NCBI GenBank assembly: GCA_964293305.1
Contig: CAXYYO010000011.1
Location: forward strand, 1-64,000
Length of the DNA stretch: 64,000 nt
Direction: 5' to 3'
DNA from: an uncultured bacterium
GTDB taxonomy: Bacteria; Bacteroidota; Bacteroidia; Chitinophagales; Chitinophagaceae
Position numbers and translations under genes: made by a program. This document shows, piece by piece, positions 47,828-56,888 of this stretch (positions within the stretch are counted from its first letter, which is position 1; the number at the start of each line of letters is the position of its first letter). Under the pieces are notes generated by a model that worked only from the letters and a program-made list of their open reading frames with translations, searched no databases and was not told the DNA's origin.

Positions 47828-48724
47828 ATGTCATTTAGAAAAGAAAACATATTATCACTTCGGCCAGATTCAGCAAGTAGCTATGTAGCCGGTGAATCAG
47901 AAGATACGCTTAAAGATTTATTTGCAGAAATAATGCAAAATGGGGTACATGGATTTTGTTTCAGTTTATATGAAGATGGACAAAAACCGGGTGATATCAT
48001 TTCTGAGGCACAGGTGCGTCGCCGCATGAATATCTTAAAGCCGCATACAAAATGGATACGTTCATTTTCCTGCACAGAGGGAAATGAATGGATACCTCGA
48101 ATAGCTAAAGAAATGGGCATTAAAACCCTAGTAGGTGCATGGCTTGGCAATGATCCTGAAATTAATAAAAGAGAAATTGAAGGATTACTTCAGTTAGCCA
48201 AAGAAGGTTTGGTAGATATTGCTGCGGTGGGCAATGAAGTGATGTACAGAAAAGATCTTACCGAAGATGAATTACTCGAATTCATCCACCATGTAAAATC
48301 TGAAATACCACATATACCCGTTGGCTATGTAGATGCATATTATGAGTTTTCTCATAGACATAGAATTACAGAAGCTTGCGATGTTATACTCTGCAATTGT
48401 TATCCATTCTGGGAAGGATGCCCCATTGATAATTCATTGGATTATATGAAGCAAATGTATTATCAAGCCAAAGCGGCAGCCAATGGAAAGGAAGTAATCA
48501 TAACAGAAACGGGCTGGCCAAGTATGGGTGAAACGCTCAAAGGCTCTGTACCATCAGAAAAAAGTTCAAGAGATTATTTTATTAATACACAATTATGGTC
48601 AGCCAATGATAATATACCCACATTCTATTTTTCATCTTTTGATGAGTCTTGGAAGGTAGGGGCGGAAGGTGTGGTAGGCGCTTACTGGGGCATTTGGGAT
48701 AAGCATGAAAATCTGAAATACTAA
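47828..48724 (+). CDS. GH17 family protein without signal peptide (predicted cytoplasmic)
   Basis: The 298-aa ORF has AAVGNEVMYRK and IITETGWPSMGE. The N-terminus MSFRKENILSLRPDSASSYVAGESED has no hydrophobic leader. Confidence 0.8.
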   Translation: MSFRKENILSLRPDSASSYVAGESEDTLKDLFAEIMQNGVHGFCFSLYEDGQKPGDIISEAQVRRRMNILKPHTKWIRSFSCTEGNEWIPRIAKEMGIKTLVGAWLGNDPEINKREIEGLLQLAKEGLVDIAAVGNEVMYRKDLTEDELLEFIHHVKSEIPHIPVGYVDAYYEFSHRHRITEACDVILCNCYPFWEGCPIDNSLDYMKQMYYQAKAAANGKEVIITETGWPSMGETLKGSVPSEKSSRDYFINTQLWSANDNIPTFYFSSFDESWKVGAEGVVGAYWGIWDKHENLKY

Positions 48725-48726
48725 GC

Positions 48727-49668
48727 ATGAATTTTTTTGATCAATATGGCTTGAAGCCTGCAAAAGCAATTTGCTATTCCGGGTTTAGAAATGGGCAGCA
48801 GCCGGGCAGCATCTATCCGTCTTATGAGGAGGTGAAAGAAGATTTGTTATTACTTCAAAACGAATGGAAATATCTTCGCTTATATGATTGTGATACTCAT
48901 GCGCAAACAGTTCTTGATGTTATTCATAAAGAACAGTTTGATTTTAAAATAATGCTTGGGGCGTATATAGAAGCTGAAATGAATAATTTTGGTTGCCCTT
49001 GGGGGGGTGGTGTTTTTGAGGAAAAGCAATTGGAAGTAAATGCTCTACGCAATGAGCAGAAAATAAAACAACTCATTGAATACGCAAATCAGTTTCCCGA
49101 TATTATTTTTTCCTTATCTGTGGGCAATGAGGCTTGTGTTGATTGGACAGATCATTTTGTGCCTGTAAGCAAAGTAGCTGAGTATGCCAATTTGGTAAAG
49201 AAAAATGCCAAACAGCCAGTTACATTCTGCGAAAACTATTTGCCTTGGATCAATCAATTGAAGCCTGCCATTGAAGCATTTGATTTTATATCCATACATA
49301 CTTACCCAGTATGGGAGTATAAGCATATTCATGAATCAATAGAATATACAAAGCAAAATTATTATGCTGTAGCTAATCAATTTCCTGATAAAATTGTTAC
49401 CATAACAGAAGCTGGATGGGCTACCAATTCAAATGGAAGAGGTATAAACCCAGAGCATGTGAATGAAGAAAATCAAAAGATATATTTTGAAAGTCTGATG
49501 GAATGGAGTGAAAAGGAAAAAATATTGACCTGTTTTTTTGAAGCATTTGATGAACCTTGGAAAGGCTCAAATCATCCTATGGAACCAGAAAAGCACTGGG
49601 GATTATTTAGGGAAAATAGAAGTCCTAAGTTGTCAATGCAGCACAAAAATATCCTCACTTTTAATTAA
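48727..49668 (+). CDS. GH17 family protein without signal peptide (predicted cytoplasmic)
   Basis: The 313-aa ORF has LSVGNEACVDW and TITEAGWATNS. The N-terminus MNFFDQYGLKPAKAICYSGFRNGQQPG has no leader. There is a 2-nt gap from the upstream gene. Confidence 0.75.
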   Translation: MNFFDQYGLKPAKAICYSGFRNGQQPGSIYPSYEEVKEDLLLLQNEWKYLRLYDCDTHAQTVLDVIHKEQFDFKIMLGAYIEAEMNNFGCPWGGGVFEEKQLEVNALRNEQKIKQLIEYANQFPDIIFSLSVGNEACVDWTDHFVPVSKVAEYANLVKKNAKQPVTFCENYLPWINQLKPAIEAFDFISIHTYPVWEYKHIHESIEYTKQNYYAVANQFPDKIVTITEAGWATNSNGRGINPEHVNEENQKIYFESLMEWSEKEKILTCFFEAFDEPWKGSNHPMEPEKHWGLFRENRSPKLSMQHKNILTFN

Positions 49669-49809
49669 ATATTTTTATGAAATATTTTCTACAAACAGAA
49701 GCATCAAAATGCTTAGAAAAAATTGGAAAGGCTCCGCCTTAATTGTCTTTCTGCAATTATCGAACCCTCTGTACTTAAAAACGTTTTTCCACTATTTAAA
49801 AAATAAACT

Positions 49810-52158
49810 ATGTTTAAAAAATTTACATGCATGCTCAGCCTTCTGGTATTTGCCTTATCAGCAAATGCACAGTTGGTAGTATTTTCGGATGATTATGCTC
49901 CAGGCGTAACATTCGCAGCTTTTGGTGGCTCCACCAACACACTTTCTATTGACAATAGTCAAAGTTATTCAGGTACTTCTTCTCTAAAAATACCTGTTAC
50001 TGCCGGCTATACAGGTGGTGCATTAGTAGCCCCTGCACCCACAGATTTAAGCGCTTACACAGCACTCACATTTTGGGCAAAAAATGATAATCCAGCATTC
50101 AAATTAGATGGTGTGGGTATTGCCAACAATGCAACCACTACCGTATATGCAGTAGAGCGCAATGGTGTAGTGCTATCAGCTACATGGACCAAGTATTATA
50201 TCCCAATTCCTGTTGCTTCAAAGCTTACTGCAGAAACTGGTCTATTCCATTTTGCAGAAGGAGCTGGTGAGGGTGCATATAATATTTGGATAGATGATAT
50301 TCAATATGAAAATGTATCAAGTATCCTCTTAGGAACCCCAACTGCAGCATTTGCTACTGAATCAATTACAAAAGCTGCCGGAGAAGGATTTAATCCAAAT
50401 GGTACCGTTTCTACTTATCCTATTGTAGCAGAAGGTGCCATGCAAACTGCTAGACCTTATTTTACATGGATGAGTTCAAATAGTGCTGTAGCAACCATCG
50501 ACAACTTAGGAGCTGGTACAGCAGTAGCACAAGGTACAGCTACCATATCAGCCATGCTGGGAACTATTGCCGCAGCAGGCAGTCTTACTGTAAATGTTAC
50601 AGCTCCATTGGAACAACCTTCAGCACCTGCGCCTACTCCTCCTGCTAGAAATACTACTGATGTAATTTCACTTTTCAGTAATGCATATTCAAATAACGCG
50701 GTGGATACTTGGTCAACAGGTTGGAGTAGTGGCAATCATAAATACACAGAATTGCAGATAGCTGGTAACGATACAAAAAAATATGAACTCTATCATTTTG
50801 CCGGAATTGAATTCTTTGCAGCTCCAGTTGATGCTACAAATATGGAATTTATGCATTTAGATGTTTGGACATCTAATGGTACAAGCCTTGATGTTAGGTT
50901 GGTAGATTTTACTGGTGTTTCACCCACCGAAGCTACAGTTACAAGTGCAACAGCAACTGGTCAATGGGTTGCTTTAGATATTCCGCTTAGCAGTTTCACA
51001 ACACTAAGTTCAAGATCAAAATTGTCCCAAATGCTTTTATTGGTTCCACCAAGCACTTCGGCAACATATTTTGTAGATAACATATACTTCTACAAGGGAG
51101 GTGGTTCTATGGGTTCTGAACCAACAACAGCAGCCCCAACACCTACAGGAAACCCAGAAGGTGTTATATCTTTATTTAGCAACGCCTATACAAATGAACC
51201 GGTAGATACATGGTCTGCACCATGGGATCAAGCTGATGTAGCTGATGTACAAGTGGCAGGTGATGATACAAAAAAATACACCAATCTAACATTTGCAGGT
51301 ATAGAGTTTACAACTAATCAAATTGATGCTTCAACAATGGATTATTATCATGTTGATATCTGGACACCAGATGCTACAAATTTTAATATCAAGTTAGTTG
51401 ATTTTGGTGCTGATGGAGCTTATGCCGGTGGAGATGATACTGAATCTGAATTATCTTTTACACCTACACTTAGTGGATGGGTTAGTTATGATATTCCTTT
51501 GGCAGACTTTACCGCACTAGCATCAAGAGCACACCTTGCACAGATGTTATTTATATCTTCTACCAGCACAGTTTATGTAGATAATGTTTACTTCTATAAC
51601 AAACTACTTCCTGTAAGCTTTAGCGGCTTTAATGTAAGTAAGAAAGGAAACACTTCATTACTAAAATGGAGTACCGCTACTGAAATAAATAATAAAGGAT
51701 TTGCAGTAGAAAGAAGTACAGATGGCAATAGTTGGAAAGAAATATTATTTGTAAAATCAACTGTTGTAAACAGTACTTCAACAAATAACTATACTGCTAC
51801 AGATGCTTTACCAATACAAGGCAAGAATTATTATCGTATCAAACAAGTAGATCTTGATGGAAAGTCAACCATCACCAATGTACAGAGTTTAGACTTCGAT
51901 AAAATTGGAAACATTTTCTCTGTATATCCAAATCCGGTTAGAAATATCATGAATATCAAACTGGGTCAGATACAAAATAATGCAGTGAGTTACCAATTGA
52001 TGAGCAGTAATGGTAAAGTAGTATTGAATGGTAAATTTGATAAGCAACTGTCCCTTACAAGCCAAACTTTAAATGTAAGTAATTTGGCACACGGCACATA
52101 TATCATGATGCTTGCTGATGGTAGTCAAAAACAAACAATGACAATCATTATCAATTAA
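49810..52158 (+). CDS. T9SS-secreted paralogue of the 34943-36805 glycan-binding protein (β-sandwich + Big_2 + two CBM-like repeats + T9SS type-A C-terminal sorting domain)
   Basis: It has a signal peptide (MFKKFTCMLSLLVFALSANAQ). The repeats are RNTTDVISLFSNAYSNNAVDTWS... and NPEGVISLFSNAYTNEPVDTWS... The C-terminal ~80 aa carry the T9SS CTD hallmark SVYPNPVRN and end ...GTYIMMLADGSQKQTMTIIIN. Confidence 0.75.
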   Translation: MFKKFTCMLSLLVFALSANAQLVVFSDDYAPGVTFAAFGGSTNTLSIDNSQSYSGTSSLKIPVTAGYTGGALVAPAPTDLSAYTALTFWAKNDNPAFKLDGVGIANNATTTVYAVERNGVVLSATWTKYYIPIPVASKLTAETGLFHFAEGAGEGAYNIWIDDIQYENVSSILLGTPTAAFATESITKAAGEGFNPNGTVSTYPIVAEGAMQTARPYFTWMSSNSAVATIDNLGAGTAVAQGTATISAMLGTIAAAGSLTVNVTAPLEQPSAPAPTPPARNTTDVISLFSNAYSNNAVDTWSTGWSSGNHKYTELQIAGNDTKKYELYHFAGIEFFAAPVDATNMEFMHLDVWTSNGTSLDVRLVDFTGVSPTEATVTSATATGQWVALDIPLSSFTTLSSRSKLSQMLLLVPPSTSATYFVDNIYFYKGGGSMGSEPTTAAPTPTGNPEGVISLFSNAYTNEPVDTWSAPWDQADVADVQVAGDDTKKYTNLTFAGIEFTTNQIDASTMDYYHVDIWTPDATNFNIKLVDFGADGAYAGGDDTESELSFTPTLSGWVSYDIPLADFTALASRAHLAQMLFISSTSTVYVDNVYFYNKLLPVSFSGFNVSKKGNTSLLKWSTATEINNKGFAVERSTDGNSWKEILFVKSTVVNSTSTNNYTATDALPIQGKNYYRIKQVDLDGKSTITNVQSLDFDKIGNIFSVYPNPVRNIMNIKLGQIQNNAVSYQLMSSNGKVVLNGKFDKQLSLTSQTLNVSNLAHGTYIMMLADGSQKQTMTIIIN

Positions 52159-52226
52159 GTTAGAAAATAAAATTCACCATTTTTTGGTGAAAAAATATTG
52201 CTGAAATAGATTCAGATAATATGTAG

Positions 52227-52258
52227 AGAGGCTGTCTTTTTAGGCAGCCTCTTTTTTT
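52227..52258 (+). terminator. rho-independent terminator closing the β-glucan locus
   Basis: AGAGGCTGtctttttaggCAGCCTCTTTTTTT. Confidence 0.8.
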
Positions 52259-52352
52259 ACTGATTAATGAGTTGTATGGTATAAATTTATAATTCATTGA
52301 GAAAAATCTCATCATAATTTTTTTTACTTTTATTTTATCCTAATATAACAAG

Positions 52353-52853
52353 ATGGAAACAATTAAACTTAGACCCTGGCATATGGAAGATGCAGGCCCA
52401 CTTTCAATTATGGCCAATAATAAAAAGATATGGGATAATGTGAGAGATCGACTTCCAAACCCCTACACCCTAGAGGATGCAAAAGCATGGATTGCCTCCA
52501 CAAAAAAAGAAAAACCAGCCTTGAATTTTTGTATTGAATATGATGGATGGATAGCTGGTAGTGCAGGTATTCTTTTACAGGATGATATATATAGAAAATC
52601 TGCAGAGGTGGGCTATTTTATTGCAGAGCCATACTGGGGTAAGGGAATAGCAACAAAAGCGCTACAGATATTGCTGGAATATACACAAAATAATTTTGAT
52701 TTCGTTCGGATTTATGCAACCACCTTTGCTCACAATCATGCGTCTCAACAAGTGCTTCGCAAGAATAATTTTTATTTAGAATCTATTCGCAGAAAAGCAA
52801 CCTTTAAGAATGATACTTTAATGGATGATATGGTTTGGGTAAAGTGGTTATAA
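52353..52853 (+). CDS. GNAT family N-acetyltransferase (RimJ/RimL-like)
   Basis: The 166-aa ORF has GYFIAEPYWGKGIATKAL, a typical GNAT motif A region. Confidence 0.75.
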   Translation: METIKLRPWHMEDAGPLSIMANNKKIWDNVRDRLPNPYTLEDAKAWIASTKKEKPALNFCIEYDGWIAGSAGILLQDDIYRKSAEVGYFIAEPYWGKGIATKALQILLEYTQNNFDFVRIYATTFAHNHASQQVLRKNNFYLESIRRKATFKNDTLMDDMVWVKWL

Positions 52854-52880
52854 AATGTTGAAATCAAATATTACAGGTTG

Positions 52881-53369
52881 TCAAATCTGGTCATCTTTAT
52901 ATGACCATAAACGAAACTGTACCAAGTGGTGTAATGCGTGTTTATAAAGTAAATGAACATTGTCTTCATAATTGAGCCACCCAAAAATTGGATTAAGTGT
53001 GATGTGGTTTTTGTCAGACTTAAAACTATTAAAAAATAGATCAGATTCTACAATCAATGCTGCCAAAGCAAGTTCCATATTTTTATGCTTCACAGGAGCG
53101 GGTTCATCAGGCAGAAAAGCGCTTTTTGTATTTTCCCGAAATGGCTTGTTGTTTCTTAAAAATGATTGCATTTTTTCAATATGATCTTCCGATGTCAATA
53201 AAACTATATTGGGCATAGTACCAGATGCTATGCGATATGCATCAGAAAAATGCTCCACCATTTGCTGTGCATTCAATACACCCCAAGTACCTTTTGCAGT
53301 GGGTGATAATGATGATAAAAGCCTGCTGAAGTCATTTTGCAGAAAACCAGTTTTGGCTATTACATCCAT
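52881..53369 (-). CDS. hypothetical protein (DinB/YfiT-like four-helix-bundle family possible)
   Basis: The 162-aa ORF has no signal peptide and carries an HxxxH-type pair (YKHALHHLVQF). Confidence 0.35.
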   Translation of the reverse strand: MDVIAKTGFLQNDFSRLLSSLSPTAKGTWGVLNAQQMVEHFSDAYRIASGTMPNIVLLTSEDHIEKMQSFLRNNKPFRENTKSAFLPDEPAPVKHKNMELALAALIVESDLFFNSFKSDKNHITLNPIFGWLNYEDNVHLLYKHALHHLVQFRLWSYKDDQI

Positions 53370-53381
53370 TTATATGTTTAT

Positions 53382-54302
53382 TTAACGTAGCAGTTCACAA
53401 GGTTTAATACCAGTATATTTTTTAAATGCTGCTGAAAAATGTGATATTGAAGAGTATCCCAGCATGATGGAAACTTCCGTAACATTACATCCTTTCTCAT
53501 TTAATAAAGTTTGTGCATACTCCATTCTTTTTTGCTGATAAAAATCAAAAATGGTGGTGCCATAAATTTCTTTAAATCCTTTTTTTAGATAACATTCATT
53601 CATTGCCACCTTCCGGCTCAATTCTTTTATAGTGATAGGATCGCCTAAATTATTTAATAATATATCTTTTGCTTTGTAGATCCGGTTTCTGCCTTCCTGA
53701 TCTGAAAGAAATTTGCAGGTAAACTGAATTTCTTTTTTTTCTTGGATACATTCTAAACTATACAACAATAACTCTTGAGATTTACCCAATAGAAATATCT
53801 TTTCTAAAGCTCCTTCATATTGATGAGTATCCAACTGCTGAAGCAATGTGCGCTTTCGCTGGCAAAGCAAAAAAGTTTTTGAAAAGGATTGATGATGTTT
53901 AAATGACAATAATTGCTCTCTTTCATCATCAAGATTGGGCTGCTGAAAAAATTGTATTAAAGTATTTGCAGTAAAGCGGAACGAATATAGATTGATGCTT
54001 TCCTGATGATGTGTACAAATCTTATTCGAATCTGCGCAATAATGACATACTTCTGCGTCACAATATTTATTGCCTAAAAGGCAGTACCTAATTTCTAAAT
54101 AATTCTTAGATTTATCTGTTGGATGTGTAGAATAGATCAATAAGCCCATGTCAATAGGAGCAGGTTCATTTTTTCTGGCACTTAATTTATTTAATGCATA
54201 ATGAGGGCCTCCAGGTATTATCATTTCATCCTGCTTTAATACAATGTACTTTTCCTCTATATGTGGAAAGCTTATATTGTATAACAAGTGTAATTGAGCC
54301 AT
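53382..54302 (-). CDS. AraC family transcriptional regulator
   Basis: The C-terminal AraC HTH pair reads ...IKELSRKVAMNECYLKKGFKEIYGTT...LGYSSISHFSAAFKKYTGIKPCELLR. Confidence 0.85.
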   Translation of the reverse strand: MAQLHLLYNISFPHIEEKYIVLKQDEMIIPGGPHYALNKLSARKNEPAPIDMGLLIYSTHPTDKSKNYLEIRYCLLGNKYCDAEVCHYCADSNKICTHHQESINLYSFRFTANTLIQFFQQPNLDDEREQLLSFKHHQSFSKTFLLCQRKRTLLQQLDTHQYEGALEKIFLLGKSQELLLYSLECIQEKKEIQFTCKFLSDQEGRNRIYKAKDILLNNLGDPITIKELSRKVAMNECYLKKGFKEIYGTTIFDFYQQKRMEYAQTLLNEKGCNVTEVSIMLGYSSISHFSAAFKKYTGIKPCELLR

Positions 54303-54516
54303 AATGATGCAAAAATAATTACATAATCTAAGATATAATGAATGACGGGTAAGCTAATTGTCATAAATTCATACACCTTCTACTTTTAGTGGAACTAATA
54401 GAATATTTCTTACGTAAAAGATGAACAATTCATCTTGTAGCTATACAAAACATGAATTGAGAATTCATCTGTTGGTTTTAGAAGATGAATGTATTTACCA
54501 AAATTTAATATATCCT

Positions 54517-54978
54517 TTACATGCCTGGAAACATAGGTCTTGCAATACCCTCTCTAAATGGCCAAGGCACAACTGCTAAAATAAGAATCAATGCCAATAT
54601 ATAAAACACTGCCGTACGTTTTGCATTGCCCGATTTTTTTAAACTTATATGTCCTACTGTTATAAAAATTATTGCAAGTAGCATACCTGTTATATGCTCT
54701 ACAGCCCAAAATCTGGAGAAAGAATCTTGCATAATAGCACCAAAACTTCCTTTTTGCTCTAGCATAACTTTTAGACCTACAGTTTCACTAAAATAATATT
54801 GATACAATCCTATAATCAAAGTAATATGAGAAAAGATAAGCAGGTATTTGCTGAGGTTTAGTTTTACTTTATCTCTAAATAGACCAGCTATGTTTACAAT
54901 TAAAAGAATAAGAATAATCCAGCGTAAAATGTTGTGTAAATGCAATAATCCAGTCGCCATATTTTTTTTTGCAAACAT
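54517..54978 (-). CDS. hypothetical integral membrane protein (4 predicted TM helices)
   Basis: It is hydrophobic throughout. The start is either the Met at 54978 or the one at 54960 (MATGLL...). Confidence 0.45.
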   Translation of the reverse strand: MFAKKNMATGLLHLHNILRWIILILLIVNIAGLFRDKVKLNLSKYLLIFSHITLIIGLYQYYFSETVGLKVMLEQKGSFGAIMQDSFSRFWAVEHITGMLLAIIFITVGHISLKKSGNAKRTAVFYILALILILAVVPWPFREGIARPMFPGM

Positions 54979-55290
54979 AGAGTATTACATAATTCGTATG
55001 ATCATGTTTTTAGATATAAGACATCAAACCCAAAACCATATATTATAATATAGTTTTAATTCTTAAAATTTAAATCAATCATCTTTCATTATTAAGGCCA
55101 AATTGAAGCAACAAATCATACATTTAATGAGTATATGAAAACTTTAATTTTAATACCGATAGGAGAAAAGCTCTTGCCTTCATAATTTTTTTGAGTTCTT
55201 GAATCTTTAAGAAATTAATCATATTATAGATTTATATTGCCCAACTCCGCACTACTAGAAAACAAATAATTATTCATTCAAAAAAATTAA

Positions 55291-56727
55291 ATGATGAAAA
55301 AAGTACATGCACTGCACTTGGCCTCCACAATGTGGTTGTGTTTAATGGCATTGATTACAAATGCACAGACTCCCACCGTTTCGCTTCCACTTTTTATAAG
55401 CGGGCTTGCCTCCCCTGTTAAGCTTACAAACGCAAACGACAACAGTAATCGCCTGTTTGTAGTAGAACAGGATGGCAAAATAAAAATCATTAGGAATGGG
55501 GTTGTACAATCAAAGCCTTTTCTTGATATTTCCAGTAAAACTAATGAGAATGGCGAACAGGGTTTATTGAGCTTGGCCTTTCCTCCAAAGTACAAACAGC
55601 ATGGTTATTTTTTCATTTATTATACTGACTTAAGTGGCAATGTTACTGTGGCCCGGTATCAGGTAAGCAAAGCAAATGCAGACTCTGCATTATTGAGTTC
55701 GGAACGAATTCTATTTAATCTTCCAAAGCCGGGTGGTTTTACAAATCACAATGGTGGCGATATATTCTTTGGGAAGGACAATTTTCTATACATCACAATA
55801 GGCGATGGTGGAGATGGTGGAGATCCATTTAATAATGCTCAGAATGGCAATGTTTTTTTTGGCAAAATGCTTAGGGTAAATGTAGCTACCAATACTGCAC
55901 CATACTATACCATACCCGCAAGTAATCCCTATATAAATGATCCTAACGTAAAAGATGAAATTTATGCAGTAGGCTTACGCAATCCATGGAGGTGGAGTTT
56001 TGATAGGCTTACCGGAGATGTATGGATTGCTGATGTAGGTCAGGATAAGAGGGAAGAAGTGAATTTTTTGACAGCTGCAAATGCAAAGGGTGCTAACTAT
56101 GGATGGCGTTGCTACGAAGGAAGTATAGGTTATAACCTTACGGGATGTGGCTCAAGTACTAATTATGTATTTCCGATTTTTGACTATTCACACAACCTGA
56201 GTACAGGTGGATTTAGCATCACCGGAGGTTTTGTATATAGAGGTACACAGTATCCTGCTTTGCAGGGATATTATTTGTGTGCTGATTATATCACTTCAAA
56301 GCTTTGGAAAATAAATCCAAATGGTAGTGGTGGATGGAATGTAGTTCGTCAAAACTGTCCTAGTGGTATAGCGAGCTTTGGCGAAGATGAAGATGGTGAA
56401 ATGTATGCTGTAAGTACTAGTGGCAAAATTTATAAGGTAACTGTCATTCCTGAACCTTTAGTAGCTGCACAAACAGGAATCTTCGGCTCAACACAACAAT
56501 TAATATATCCTACCCTTATTCAAAACAATCAGGTGAATATTTTGCTGAATGGTAGTTTTCAAAATGTTCGCATTACAAACATGAATGGACAAATTGTTTT
56601 ACAGCAGAATATTGCCCATCAAACTGGTGTATTGAAGTTAATATTGCCCAACTTAAATAAAGGAGTTTATATCGTTCAACTGATTGGTGAAAACGCCATT
56701 AAGCAAGAGAAAGTAATAGTGGAATAA
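55291..56727 (+). CDS. PQQ-dependent sugar dehydrogenase (soluble glucose/sorbosone dehydrogenase-like β-propeller) with T9SS C-terminal sorting domain
   Basis: It has a signal peptide and the sGDH-type motifs EQGLLSLAFPP, HNGGDIFFGKDNFLYITIGDGGDGGDP and GLRNPWRWSFD. The C-terminal ~75 aa (IYPTLIQNN...VYIVQL...) are T9SS CTD-like. Confidence 0.75.
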   Translation: MMKKVHALHLASTMWLCLMALITNAQTPTVSLPLFISGLASPVKLTNANDNSNRLFVVEQDGKIKIIRNGVVQSKPFLDISSKTNENGEQGLLSLAFPPKYKQHGYFFIYYTDLSGNVTVARYQVSKANADSALLSSERILFNLPKPGGFTNHNGGDIFFGKDNFLYITIGDGGDGGDPFNNAQNGNVFFGKMLRVNVATNTAPYYTIPASNPYINDPNVKDEIYAVGLRNPWRWSFDRLTGDVWIADVGQDKREEVNFLTAANAKGANYGWRCYEGSIGYNLTGCGSSTNYVFPIFDYSHNLSTGGFSITGGFVYRGTQYPALQGYYLCADYITSKLWKINPNGSGGWNVVRQNCPSGIASFGEDEDGEMYAVSTSGKIYKVTVIPEPLVAAQTGIFGSTQQLIYPTLIQNNQVNILLNGSFQNVRITNMNGQIVLQQNIAHQTGVLKLILPNLNKGVYIVQLIGENAIKQEKVIVE

Positions 56728-56826
56728 TGCGTTTAGAAAACATAGCATTGAAATTAGATATTTATGGATGATTTATATAATAGTTATAATATTATTTTTC
56801 TATTACCCCATACAAAGTTATCTCCA

Positions 56827-56868
56827 CAAAAAAATCGCCCATCGATTAAGATGGGCGATTTATATTTT
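56827..56868. terminator. bidirectional intrinsic terminator between the convergent genes
   Basis: AAAAAAATCGCCCATCgattaaGATGGGCGATTTATATTTT, a perfect 10-bp stem. Confidence 0.8.
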
Positions 56869-56888
56869 AAGGGTTAAACTATAAAATC

